DNA of 64,000 nt from an uncultured Nitrososphaerales archaeon (lineage in GTDB: Archaea; Thermoproteota; Nitrososphaeria; Nitrososphaerales; Nitrososphaeraceae). A program made the position numbers and the translations under genes. Below, piece by piece: positions 45,700-56,043 of this stretch. Under the pieces are notes generated by a model that had not been told where the DNA came from, ran no database searches, and saw only the letters and a program-made list of their open reading frames with translations. Within the stretch, counting starts at the first letter, position 1. Every line of letters begins with the position of its first letter. The DNA lies in assembly GCA_963709405.1 (NCBI GenBank), contig CAVPXM010000061.1:32001-96000 (forward strand). Reading direction: 5' to 3'.

Positions 45700-46533
45700 T
45701 TGAAACTCCTCTTATTGTCAATCTCGGTTTTTATAGTACTCGCTAATTCCATAATACTATTTTCAGACCCGCTTCACAGACTTTCAACAGCCCTTTGGAT
45801 GATGAATATAACCGCAGCAATAGCTTCGAGTTTGGGCATTATTGCGATATATAGACACGGAATTCGTGACCTTCACGGAAAATCAATTATGTGTTTAACG
45901 ATAGGACTAATCTTCTGGTTCGCTGCAGATCTCACCTTACTATATTCACATTATACTCAAGGTAAGGAGGAGAAACTCGTATCCCCAACAGACGGGTTAT
46001 GGTTTATGGGTTACATATTTCTAGCCTCACATTTGTTCATTATCATTCGATCACTAAGAAATGATAGACACATCTACAGTCTTTCTACCAGAACTCAAAC
46101 AAAAATTGTCATCATTCTTCTGATCATAATAACAGTAGCATTTGCCACTTTCAACCTATTTGCATTTACATCGTCAGAATCCTTTACAGACATTGAAGAA
46201 CCGGTAGATTTTCAGGCCTTAATTGTAACTATCGCCTATCCAGTTTTGGACTTGATTTTAATCGTTCCCTCTATTTTAATACTTATTACCTTGCGAAATG
46301 ACATACGTCATTATGTTCCATGGCTGCTTTCTTCGTTATCCTTACTGATAAGTGCGATAGCCGATGATGGATACGTAATAGATTTTGTGAATGGAAATTC
46401 CAGACATTTGATCTTCTGGGATTTTTTCTACGTCTCGGATTTCATAATCATGGCCGGCGCTCTATTTTGGTATAACAGATATAATGTAATTCCTGGTAAA
46501 AAATCAACAAAAACTATGGAAGTCGGACCATGA
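45700..46533 (+). CDS. Multi-pass membrane protein (MASE-like sensor domain)
   Basis: About 7 TM; DGLWFMGY and AYPVLDL motifs. Confidence 0.7.
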   Translation: MKLLLLSISVFIVLANSIILFSDPLHRLSTALWMMNITAAIASSLGIIAIYRHGIRDLHGKSIMCLTIGLIFWFAADLTLLYSHYTQGKEEKLVSPTDGLWFMGYIFLASHLFIIIRSLRNDRHIYSLSTRTQTKIVIILLIIITVAFATFNLFAFTSSESFTDIEEPVDFQALIVTIAYPVLDLILIVPSILILITLRNDIRHYVPWLLSSLSLLISAIADDGYVIDFVNGNSRHLIFWDFFYVSDFIIMAGALFWYNRYNVIPGKKSTKTMEVGP

Positions 46534-46831
46534 GAAATACAGAATAAGAGACTCGAAATGGCATCCATTTTCCATTTTTGCGACCAAAATGTGGGTCAAA
46601 AGAACAACTTTATTATGGGCTTTCACTTCACAAACAATAGTCTTTCATACTCCAATGGAGAGGTATCTGCAAAGTTTAGTCCCTACATGTAGAAACACTA
46701 ATCAAAGTGTAGTCCATATTAATAACCAAAATCATGACCCTATGTGAAAAATGTTGCACATACCGAATATTTCAACATGATCTATTTTTACTCTCCAAGC
46801 ACCCATATTTTGTATAAATATGGAAAAGATT

Positions 46832-47089
46832 TTATTTCAAAGTTAATGGAGTCAATTCTTCCATATTATTGAATATCTGTAATAACCTTATTCCTTTAGA
46901 TGTTGTCCTATAGGTATTCTGTCCATCTTCGTATTCCAACAAGTCGTTCTCAATTAGAACCATCAAGTACTCTTTTAATTGTCCAAAGGACAAGAATGCT
47001 TTGTACATTATCTTTGATTTTGTAGCTGCTCCACCGTTAGCAGCCTCTAATATCAAATGAACTATGTCAGTTCTACTTCTGTATTTCAT
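46832..47089 (-). CDS. Archaeal winged-helix transcription regulator (ArnR1-like)
   Basis: MKYRSRTDI..ATKSKIMYKAFLS..LKEYL..YRTTSKG. Confidence 0.9.
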   Translation of the reverse strand: MKYRSRTDIVHLILEAANGGAATKSKIMYKAFLSFGQLKEYLMVLIENDLLEYEDGQNTYRTTSKGIRLLQIFNNMEELTPLTLK

Positions 47090-47717
47090 TTTGCGATGAT
47101 TAATAAAAGTTTAAAGTATTTATGATGATCCAATATTAGTACTAAAATTTATGTTAGGACATGTTACAGGGTATTGTTTTGCTATTTTCTCATTTGTAAT
47201 TATTTATAGAAACAAGTAATCATTCTACTAGAATCAATATACATTTTAATCATCAGCTATTAAGATTAGAAAGATCTTGATCCAGCGTTATCCTTTTTAT
47301 GTTATCATGATTGCTAGTTACAATATTTAAATTTTTTTGTGATCAATATAACTAAGTCTATTAATGCAATTATGGTATCAGATTGTATTTCAATATTATT
47401 TCAACGATTAGCACCCAGAAAACTACTGGTTTTTCTTGATAGAAAATAAAATAATCAGAATGATGATAACAGATATTCAGTGTAAAAAACAACTTTTGAC
47501 GATTTTTATTCCCTGTAGACGCAATGAATAGGATTCTACTCGCATCATAGATCGAATGAATAGTTTTTGTGGTCATTCATATCACAGTCAGGCGCCGTAT
47601 CTCATATATAACTGGTAGAGTTAGAGATAATATAGCATAGGCCCGAATCTATATTGGGACAAAAATCCATAAATATAATTAAGGCATAGATAGAAATTCC
47701 TTAACAGATCTGAATGT

Positions 47718-48956
47718 ATGGTGAACGCGAGTTTGGTTGGTAAAGGGAAAATACCTACCATAGAGGATATATTTAAAGCTAGAGACCTATTTGATGACAG
47801 TATAAGAAAAACACCATTACAGAGATCGGATACGTTTTCTAAGCTTATTGGGACCAATGTTTTTTTAAAACTCGAATCCTTACAAATGACAGGTTCATTT
47901 AAAGTTAGAGGTGCATATGTTAAGTTAAACACGTTATCAGATGAAAACCGTAAAAATGGTGTTATAGCTGCTTCTGCTGGCAATCATGCACAGGGAGTAG
48001 CATATGCCGCGTTACGGAAAGGCGTATCATGTACTATCGTAATGCCCAAGAACGCATCACCTGCTAAAATAGCAGCAACAAGATCATATGGCGCAGAAGT
48101 GATCTTACGTGGATTGAACTATGATGAATCATGGGCTGCAGCTCAAGATATTGCAGCTAGAGGCCGCACTATTATACATGCTTTTGATGACGAAAAGGTA
48201 ATCTCTGGACAGGGAACAATAGGCTTGGAGATATTAGAAGATTTGAAAGACATTGACCAAATCTATCTCCCAATAGGAGGTGGTGGTTTGGCAGCGGGTG
48301 TTGCAATTGCAATAAAATCGAGAAGACCTGACATAAAGATCATAGGTGTAGAATCCAAAGCATTTCCTGCCATGAAACAATCACTTACGAAAGGTTCTTT
48401 GCAGAAGATCGAAGCTGGGTTCACTATTGCAGATGGTATCTCCGTGAAATGTCCTGGCGAGCTTACATATGAGATAGCTTCTAAATACTTAGATGATATA
48501 GTATTAGTTGATGACTCTGCAATAGTTAGAACGATGTTTTTGCTTATGGAGAGGACGAAATTGGTAGTAGAGCCTGCTGGCGCAGCGAGCCTAGCATATT
48601 TACTTTCAAATGGGCATCATCATAAGAACATGAATATTGTTTCAATACTTTCTGGTGGAAATGTAGATATGTACTTACTCGGGCAGGTGGTAACGAAAGG
48701 TCTTATGCAGATGGGCAGGATGCTAAAGATCTTTATTCAATTGCCAGATAAACCAGGGGCTTTAAAAACCGTGGTCGATGGTATTGCTGAACTGAGCCTC
48801 AATATTGTCGAAGTAGATCATGATAGATTGAGCTCCAATGTTGCGGCTGGAAGTGCAGGTGTTTATTTGAGTCTCGAGATGGAAAATGAAAGTCATGCAA
48901 AGAGATTAATCGATTTTCTGAAACAAAAAGGGATCGAATTTCGGGTAGTTAGTTAA
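47718..48956 (+). CDS. ilvA: Threonine ammonia-lyase with C-terminal ACT domain
   Basis: LKLESLQMTGSFKVRGA (PLP Lys), ASAGNHAQG, PIGGGGL and LPDKPGAL. Confidence 0.95.
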   Translation: MVNASLVGKGKIPTIEDIFKARDLFDDSIRKTPLQRSDTFSKLIGTNVFLKLESLQMTGSFKVRGAYVKLNTLSDENRKNGVIAASAGNHAQGVAYAALRKGVSCTIVMPKNASPAKIAATRSYGAEVILRGLNYDESWAAAQDIAARGRTIIHAFDDEKVISGQGTIGLEILEDLKDIDQIYLPIGGGGLAAGVAIAIKSRRPDIKIIGVESKAFPAMKQSLTKGSLQKIEAGFTIADGISVKCPGELTYEIASKYLDDIVLVDDSAIVRTMFLLMERTKLVVEPAGAASLAYLLSNGHHHKNMNIVSILSGGNVDMYLLGQVVTKGLMQMGRMLKIFIQLPDKPGALKTVVDGIAELSLNIVEVDHDRLSSNVAAGSAGVYLSLEMENESHAKRLIDFLKQKGIEFRVVS

Positions 48957-49391
48957 TGCAAGGAAGATGGTTTAGCATTCAAAGATATGGATGCTGAATT
49001 GTAAGGACTGTTACGATAGACGTGAATTTTCATTGAAATGATCGTCCTTTGTGATAATTAGCTCAATCCATAATTGTGCTGATTTATATAATCACAGCTG
49101 ACCCAACATTGGTGTTAGAGTCTTCAATCGAGACTAAGATCTCAATTTTAGCAAAAGAAGACGGAAAAAAGATCGATAAAGATCAACCATTGATCTTAGA
49201 AATTAGACAATTTCTCTTTGAGATAATATATGATCTCAAAAGTTAAATCATAATCATTTTTTGAACGAAATGAGCAAAAATTATTAGAATCTACTCACTA
49301 AGGATTTTTAAAAATGCACACCCCTCCCTCCCTATTAGTTACACTATGTGTTATCTATACATTAGCATGAAAAAAGATCGATATCTAACCA

Positions 49392-49643
49392 ATGCATGAA
49401 TATTTTACAGAATATCCTCCACTCTCATATAGAGTTTGTACTGACTGTGCGAAGCGAACTCCTCATACCTGCTTGAAGTGTAATTATTGCTTTTCATGTC
49501 ATTACAAGGTGGAACGATTAGAAAAAAATGACAAAGTAAGATCGCTAACTGTTGCCGGTAAACAAGAGAAACCACGTCCGCCTCGTGACATTTCAATGTA
49601 TCAAGTGAAATTTGTTACGTACAAACTTAAAAGAAAGCAATGA
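49392..49643 (+). CDS. Small Cys/His zinc-finger protein
   Basis: CTDC..HTCLKCNYCFSCH. Confidence 0.65.
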   Translation: MHEYFTEYPPLSYRVCTDCAKRTPHTCLKCNYCFSCHYKVERLEKNDKVRSLTVAGKQEKPRPPRDISMYQVKFVTYKLKRKQ

Positions 49644-49942
49644 GTAGGAAGACGATTCAAGTCAGGATATACATAGCTAACTAGCTGTGAAACAATGGAA
49701 AATTTTGAATAATATTTGGAATCATTTAAATTAAAATCTAAAGCGTAAGTAAATATTTATGCGATAACTTTCAGAATTGATACCTCAGGTTCAAATTGAA
49801 AGTGGAGTATAATCGCTACTTACTAATTCCTATAATTTTGTGTTGGCATCTCGGTTGAGACATAGACCATCACTAAATAACTGACTAAATAACTGATATC
49901 AAAAAAATTGAGGATATGGTCTTATCGATGCTCATCTATCTT

Positions 49943-50497
49943 TTACTCGACTTTTACCTGAGTACCGTGCGGTTTAGATGCTACTGTAGCCGGCTGCTTT
50001 GTTTTTACTTTTAGTTCTAATATTCCGTTTGTATAGGAAGCTTTTGCAGAAGTATCTTCCAATTCTACATCTATGGGAATATCGTTGTGATACCTTTTTT
50101 CTCCCTTCTCAGCGTGTATTGATACATTCTTTGGAGTAATACTAATCTTTATGGCTTCCTTACTGACTCCGGGCATCTCTGCTGTTATTATTATTTGATT
50201 GTTCTTCTTATCTACCGAGTAATCCACCAACGCTTCCTTGGTTTCATTATGTTTCACTAGTCCTCTGACCGATGGTTTTACATTGCCGAATTCTTTAATA
50301 TGTGGCTTGCCATCCGGTCCCACTGTAATTTGATATCCATAATAGTATGAAGATGGATTATCTTGTATTGAGAGGCCTTCAAGCATATTTCTAAACATTC
50401 TATTCATTGTCTCTTCTGTTCTGGCAAATTCTTTATCCATGTCCTCAAAAATTGAACCGAATCCGCCAAACCTCCACGGAGAAACGTTGTCTGTCAT
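49943..50497 (-). CDS. hsp20: Archaeal small heat-shock protein Hsp20
   Basis: YYGYQITVGPDGKPHIKEFGN, AEMPGVSKE and ASYTNGILEL. Confidence 0.95.
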   Translation of the reverse strand: MTDNVSPWRFGGFGSIFEDMDKEFARTEETMNRMFRNMLEGLSIQDNPSSYYYGYQITVGPDGKPHIKEFGNVKPSVRGLVKHNETKEALVDYSVDKKNNQIIITAEMPGVSKEAIKISITPKNVSIHAEKGEKRYHNDIPIDVELEDTSAKASYTNGILELKVKTKQPATVASKPHGTQVKVE

Positions 50498-50520
50498 TAC
50501 ATATTGTAATATCTATTACA
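50496..50520. promoter_or_regulatory. Alternating ATTACA/TGTAAT/ATTACA half-sites between hsp20 TATA and start
   Basis: ATTACA 50496, TGTAAT 50505, ATTACA 50515; TTTATATA on the minus strand at 50521..50528. Confidence 0.45.
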
Positions 50521-50590
50521 TATATAAATCTGTATAACTAATAGATAGACTTAATACTTTGATATTCTAAATACAATATTGATCAGAGCC

Positions 50591-51421
50591 ATGTCGTTCC
50601 TAAACCGATCAATGACGATTACTCAGGCAATAAGACACGTACTATCAACTAACGAAATTTATCTTCGTGCTCTCCAAATGGCAATAGCAAATTATACAGC
50701 ATTAGCAGAAAGAATCAAGCCAGAAGTTGAAAGACTTGTGGGTTCAACGGTTAACGTGGGTACAGTAATAGTGGTGATTAAAAGACTAGCCGATTCACTA
50801 GAAAATGAAAGATTAGAAAACCAGCGGAGAAATATGCATGATATTAATGGCAAAGAGGCTAGAGTTACAAAAAATAATTATCATCAAACGGTCACCGATC
50901 TCAATGATACTTCATTCGATGGAGCAAGAATGTCCCTAACTGATAGTATTGTTGATATCGGTTTGTTCGATATTGATGACGAGGGAAAGTTTTTTAGTGA
51001 CAAGATTTTTGATATGCTCGAGGAAATTCTTGACAAGGAAACAAGGTATAGTTTATTTCAAACAAATAAACACTTGAGATTATTTGCTGAAGACATTACT
51101 GAAGTAAGGAACTTAATTTCTGTCGTTTCTAGCAAATTTGATCATAAAATAAATGAAGGTCTCTCTCGTATAACCATTACTTTACCAGCTACAGGTCATA
51201 GCAATAATAATTCTCATTTCACGGACGCGAATAGGATAGAAGACAATGAGCGTCTGAAACAGAATCCATATAACATAATGTCGAAGATATTAAATATACT
51301 CTACAACAACAATATTCCATTGCATGATGCTTTTCTTACCCCAAACGAAATTGTATTGATAATGAGAAATAAAGACGCTGCAAGAGCCTACGAAATAATT
51401 AGGTCGAATATATCTGGCTAA
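50591..51421 (+). CDS. Conserved archaeal ACT-domain-containing protein
   Basis: ALQMAIANYTALA..IKR N-terminus and a C-terminal ACT-like EIVLIM..DAARAYE. Confidence 0.7.
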   Translation: MSFLNRSMTITQAIRHVLSTNEIYLRALQMAIANYTALAERIKPEVERLVGSTVNVGTVIVVIKRLADSLENERLENQRRNMHDINGKEARVTKNNYHQTVTDLNDTSFDGARMSLTDSIVDIGLFDIDDEGKFFSDKIFDMLEEILDKETRYSLFQTNKHLRLFAEDITEVRNLISVVSSKFDHKINEGLSRITITLPATGHSNNNSHFTDANRIEDNERLKQNPYNIMSKILNILYNNNIPLHDAFLTPNEIVLIMRNKDAARAYEIIRSNISG

Positions 51422-51602
51422 CTCTTGTTTTGATAGGTTATTATAAGAACACTCTACATTCTATGAATTAGAAACTATGGTTAATTCAGCTCGTTGCTTT
51501 TGCGGTATTATAGCGTACATTTACTAGGTAAAAGTAAATTAGTTAAATCAAATAAGAAGATGCCAGACACAAAGATTTGAGTAGGGAGGGTTTATCAGCA
51601 GA

Positions 51603-52682
51603 GTGATTTATCAAGTTCTCACTGGCAATTGTTACGATGTGTTAAAAAAACTATCTCAAAATCCAAAAGAATTAGGTAAATACAGGCTTATCGTAACTTC
51701 TCCACCATATTACGGACACAGACATTATGGAAAAGATCCACACGAAATAGGGCAAGAACAAACTGATGACGTTTTTATTGAAAAGCTAGTCGATATCTTT
51801 GTAATATGTAGAGACCTTTTGACGGCAGATGGCAGTCTGTGGATAGTGATGGGCGACACTAGGAAAAAATATAGAAAATTGTTGATACCTCATCGGCTGG
51901 CTCTCGAATTGACTCAGAGAAAATATACTATACGCGAGGATATAGTTTGGTTCAAGAAAAATAATCTCTCAACTAGCTCAACAGAAAACTTTTCACAAGC
52001 GTACGAACTAGTGCTGTTTTTATCGAAGAACGAAAAAAGCTTCTCCAATATGAATAATATCAGAATACAAGGAAATGAAGCTAGAGAGGGAAGAAACAAG
52101 ACACCGCCTAAGCATATGATGCAATATGAGCCATCCAATCAAGATAAAGACAAAATTGAGAAGATCAAAGAAATTATTCATAATGCACAAGCAGATACGC
52201 CGTTTAATGAACTCCCTACAACTGTCGAGATAGCTCGTGCTTATGGATACAATCCGGAGAAATATTGCCCTACGTGTTATCGTAAGTTTAAGCGCCATGC
52301 AACGCGTAAACGAATAGGAGACCATAAGCATTATCCAATATTTGCCGTGTGTAATCCATCAGGTAAAAATCCCGGAAATGTTTGGGAAATTTCTACTAAA
52401 GCTCATCATGGCAATGAGCATTTTGCAATATTTCCTGAAGATCTAATTGCAAAGATAATCAAATTTGCTACTAAAAGAGGAGATTGGGTTCTAGATCCTT
52501 TCGCAGGGAGAGGAACAACTGGAATGGTCTCTGTTCTTCTTGGAAGGAATTTCCTGGGAATAGACCTGTATCCAGAGAATGTCTTCAAATCTAAAAAGAA
52601 TATTTTAGATGCCATGAATGGCAGAAGTGCTCTTAAATTAGAAAGATTGGTAGATATTTTAGCAGAGAATATTCATCATTAG
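51603..52682 (+). CDS. Orphan beta-class amino-DNA methyltransferase (likely m4C)
   Basis: VTSPPY (motif IV) precedes HFAIFP and VLDPFAGRGTT (motif I); no adjacent endonuclease. Confidence 0.92.
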   Translation: MIYQVLTGNCYDVLKKLSQNPKELGKYRLIVTSPPYYGHRHYGKDPHEIGQEQTDDVFIEKLVDIFVICRDLLTADGSLWIVMGDTRKKYRKLLIPHRLALELTQRKYTIREDIVWFKKNNLSTSSTENFSQAYELVLFLSKNEKSFSNMNNIRIQGNEAREGRNKTPPKHMMQYEPSNQDKDKIEKIKEIIHNAQADTPFNELPTTVEIARAYGYNPEKYCPTCYRKFKRHATRKRIGDHKHYPIFAVCNPSGKNPGNVWEISTKAHHGNEHFAIFPEDLIAKIIKFATKRGDWVLDPFAGRGTTGMVSVLLGRNFLGIDLYPENVFKSKKNILDAMNGRSALKLERLVDILAENIHH

Positions 52683-53030
52683 AACTATGTCTCAATTCAA
52701 ACTAAAGATGTCATGCAAATATTGCTTTGACTGACAAGATTTCTTGGGCAAAATTGATGTGCATAAGTGTAAATGTCAACATTGATGTCATAAATAAAAA
52801 AACTATATATAACAATTTCAAATTGAATAAATAATATAAAAAACCTTAAACAGTTCCAAATTAATTGGATGATAATAATAACAAATAAATAAATGATTGT
52901 ATTGTAATTGGTAAACGCTAACTTACGGTTCTATTTGGACGGAACGATGAGAGTGAGATTCATAACAAAATACAGTCAGATTCATCTTGAACTATTTTAT
53001 TCAATATGATCCTACTACTTTGTGTATAGA

Positions 53031-53207
53031 ATGGGAATGGCAGGCTCGCTTGGATCAATAATAGTAGGCATAATTGCACTGGTAGTAATAATAGCAATCA
53101 TTGTCTTTCTCATAAAGATAGTTGCACCAATAATAGTGGGTATTATAATCATAGCGATAATCATTGGTGTAGGCTTTTGGTTTTATGGCAAGATGAAATC
53201 TGGCTAG
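53031..53207 (+). CDS. Small two-TM membrane protein
   Basis: Almost entirely Ile/Val/Gly hydrophobic hairpin. Confidence 0.65.
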   Translation: MGMAGSLGSIIVGIIALVVIIAIIVFLIKIVAPIIVGIIIIAIIIGVGFWFYGKMKSG

Positions 53208-53608
53208 TTTCGAACTTCTAATGTGGGAAAGGAACTAACTACCAAAATAGTTTGCTGTGAATGTCTACTTATCCAATTAGTCGTTCCAAATCATAAGGCG
53301 GAAACGAAATATGCTCCAATTGTATATTACATTAGTTTTAAGTTTTGCCTTCGAAGTCAGCTGTCATTCCCCTTTGTGTCAAGACGTGCCAGATAGCTTT
53401 GGATATCACCATAAATAACAATGTGAAGATTATACATTTATCAGCCCAAACACGATGAGCCTGAAAGTCAACAGATCTAGTCTATCTTTGGATTAGCCTT
53501 TATGTAGGTGGTAGATTCAAATATATTGATTTATGCTGGCAACCAGGGAAAAGGGTTTTCTGTTTTCATAGCAAAACCATAGAAAAGAGTGGCACCAGTC
53601 TGCTATAG

Positions 53609-53960
53609 CTATTTTTCTAAAGTTCTGGAAATATTATGATCAACAGATTCATCAAACTGTTTCAAACCATGCCGGCGACTACTACGATAGCTTTGTGTAT
53701 ATGGGTCGTCAGAACTAAATCCTTCATCTACACCTTTATATGCATCAGGAATACTATGAGTAACCGCCATGGTAGGTGAAAGGTTGATTAGAGAGGTCCT
53801 TTTGTTTTGTAATCTCAATAGAACTACGTTTTAGTATTATCAGTAAGTCGCCACTGAATTGTTTTGGATCATTAGAATATCGGATGTAGTAAATCCGTCC
53901 GCCTACTATTGTACCGATTTCCAGATCCTCAAAATGATACGCTTGAGGAGCACAGTAAGA
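53609..53960 (-). pseudogene. PsbP-like domain remnant
   Basis: EIGTIVGGRIYYIRYSNDPKQFS..SIEI pattern; fragmented. Confidence 0.35.
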
Positions 53961-54261
53961 ATCCTGTACCGAAGTATACAATAATTTGTATGCAAGCAAT
54001 CAGGAAAGTGTACTGTTCGTATTAACGTCTAGGCTTTTGAAGTGTACAATATTATTACGAAGAGCGATAAGCGCATGCAACATGACAGCCTGCGATAGAA
54101 CCTGTTAAATTCTGGCTAGTCCGAGAATACGGAAGGATAGAATTCAAATCCTTCATTATTTGTAATAGAGCCAATGGGTGTTTACCGTCCTATAATACAA
54201 TTAAATTTCCTCAGACGATTATTGCAAATACATTATTATAGTTGTCGAGGTATAAAAATGC

Positions 54262-54828
54262 ATGACACATCCATTCGATAAGAGTATAATGATTACGTTA
54301 GCTGGACTTAACCTCGCCTTATCATACGAAAATGCAGCTGTATATAGACTGGAGAAAAGATTATCTGAAACCATTGATCCGGAAATCAAGGAAAAGCTCA
54401 ATCGTCACTTCGCCCAGACAAGAGAGCAACAGGAACGATTGAAGGAGAGAATAAAAGCGATGGGAGAAGAACCAATTGCTGAGAGTGGTAAATTGCCTGT
54501 ACCAGAGCCTCCACAATCTCTGAAAAGTATGATAGAAAGCGGCAGTTCTCCTAATGAAAGAGAGGTTTGGGAATCACTGAATGATCTGATAATAGAAAGA
54601 GCAGAAGCAATTATGTACAAAGGTGGTATTCAAGCACTTGAATTATTGAAGGCAGACAAGAAAACCATAAAGACCTTAGAAAAGAATCTGAAAGAGGAGG
54701 AAGCATTCGCAAACTGGTTAGAAAAGAACAATCCAAGAATAGCAAAACGATTAATGACAAAGCAGTTAGAAGAGAAAAAGAAAAAGAAAAAGGCTGAGGA
54801 AGCTGCTGCTACCGCTACAATAAGCTAA
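54262..54828 (+). CDS. DUF892 (YciE/YciF) ferritin-like protein
   Basis: YENAA..HFAQTREQQERL..ERAEAIMY..NLKEEEAFANWL. Confidence 0.85.
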   Translation: MTHPFDKSIMITLAGLNLALSYENAAVYRLEKRLSETIDPEIKEKLNRHFAQTREQQERLKERIKAMGEEPIAESGKLPVPEPPQSLKSMIESGSSPNEREVWESLNDLIIERAEAIMYKGGIQALELLKADKKTIKTLEKNLKEEEAFANWLEKNNPRIAKRLMTKQLEEKKKKKKAEEAAATATIS

Positions 54829-55134
54829 GGCATGATCTTCCGCTAAGGGATCAACAGATACAACAGCCTCACCATCTGTTAACGAACTATGCTAAATGAT
54901 ATCAAATGAATTGGCATAAAAATCCACTTAGCCGATGGTGCTTGGCAATAGCAAATATGAGGAAATGGTACAAGAACTATGCGTTGTACATGACCCCAAG
55001 TCTGATCAGAGCACAAAGGAAGATTTAGGTCTAGATTAAAATATCTATTTGTAAAATGATATGTGATTAGGAATACCACACAACTATTGAGAATAAAAAT
55101 ATTTTCTAACAGGGGATAAGTAGATGTTAGTTGC

Positions 55135-56043
55135 TTAGTGAGGGTGGGTTTGAAAGGTATTGAAACCATTTTGCTTTAGGAGGTAAGATGCTACTGAAGT
55201 ATAGTCTCTCATAGACAGTCCGAATGAATCTGAAGCCTTATAAACGGCTTGAGCAGATGCAGTAACCGGGAGTGTCAGACCTGAAGTGTAAGCTGTCTGC
55301 ATAGCTAGGTCTAGATCCTTTACCATGTTCATTAGATAAAATGATGGTGTATAATCATCATTGATAATTCTTGGCCCCTTCTTCTCACTAATTCCAGTCT
55401 TAAAGTATGTGGAATTAAGAATTTTTACAAATGTACCTGTATCTATTCCATTTCCTCTCGCAAATACCAATCCTTCTGCTAAAGCCAGTGCTATTAGTGC
55501 AATATTGATATTAACTGCTAGTTTAAGTATACTTGCGGTCCTGTGATCAGAACCTACGTAAAATATTTGTCTGCTTAGATCCTTGAGAATAGGCTCGACC
55601 AGCTCGTATGTCGTCTTAGGGCCAGCTCCGATCAAAGTTATCTCTCCCCTTTCCACAGCAGTTTTCCCTCCTAACATCGGAACCGTCAGCATTCTGATCT
55701 GCTTTTTGGAATGGAGATCGGCTACTAAACTTGATTCCTCAGGAGAAATCGTACTGCACTGTACGACGATAAGATCCGTATTCGTTGTTTCAATCAATCC
55801 TCCAGTCGCAAACGATACGTTTGCGATAGCTTGATAGTCCTTCACGCAAATTATGACCATATCCGAACTATTTCCTACCTCCTTGGGCAGATTAGCCAAC
55901 TTCAGATTGGTTGTATTCGTTGCATGCAGCTTCTCTACTTTTGACTTATCTCTGTTGAAAACAGTAACTTTATGGCCTTTCAGAGCTAGTCTATTTGCTA
56001 TTTGTGATCCCATCATTCCGAGACCGATTACGCCCACATTCAT
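55135..56043 (-). CDS. NAD(P)-dependent beta-hydroxyacid dehydrogenase (3-hydroxyisobutyrate/tartronate semialdehyde reductase family)
   Basis: VIGLGMMGSQIA, STISP, PMLGG, LKLAVN and KDL. Confidence 0.92.
   Translation of the reverse strand: MNVGVIGLGMMGSQIANRLALKGHKVTVFNRDKSKVEKLHATNTTNLKLANLPKEVGNSSDMVIICVKDYQAIANVSFATGGLIETTNTDLIVVQCSTISPEESSLVADLHSKKQIRMLTVPMLGGKTAVERGEITLIGAGPKTTYELVEPILKDLSRQIFYVGSDHRTASILKLAVNINIALIALALAEGLVFARGNGIDTGTFVKILNSTYFKTGISEKKGPRIINDDYTPSFYLMNMVKDLDLAMQTAYTSGLTLPVTASAQAVYKASDSFGLSMRDYTSVASYLLKQNGFNTFQTHPH

Noticed and set aside
49863-49886. Tandem CTAAATAACTGA x2
   Set aside because: Only two copies in a 3' intergenic region; a simple local duplication.
52900-52965. 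Group II intron domain V (..TACGGTTC..)
   Set aside because: The 5' AGC/CGC triad strand and the 34-nt hairpin are absent.
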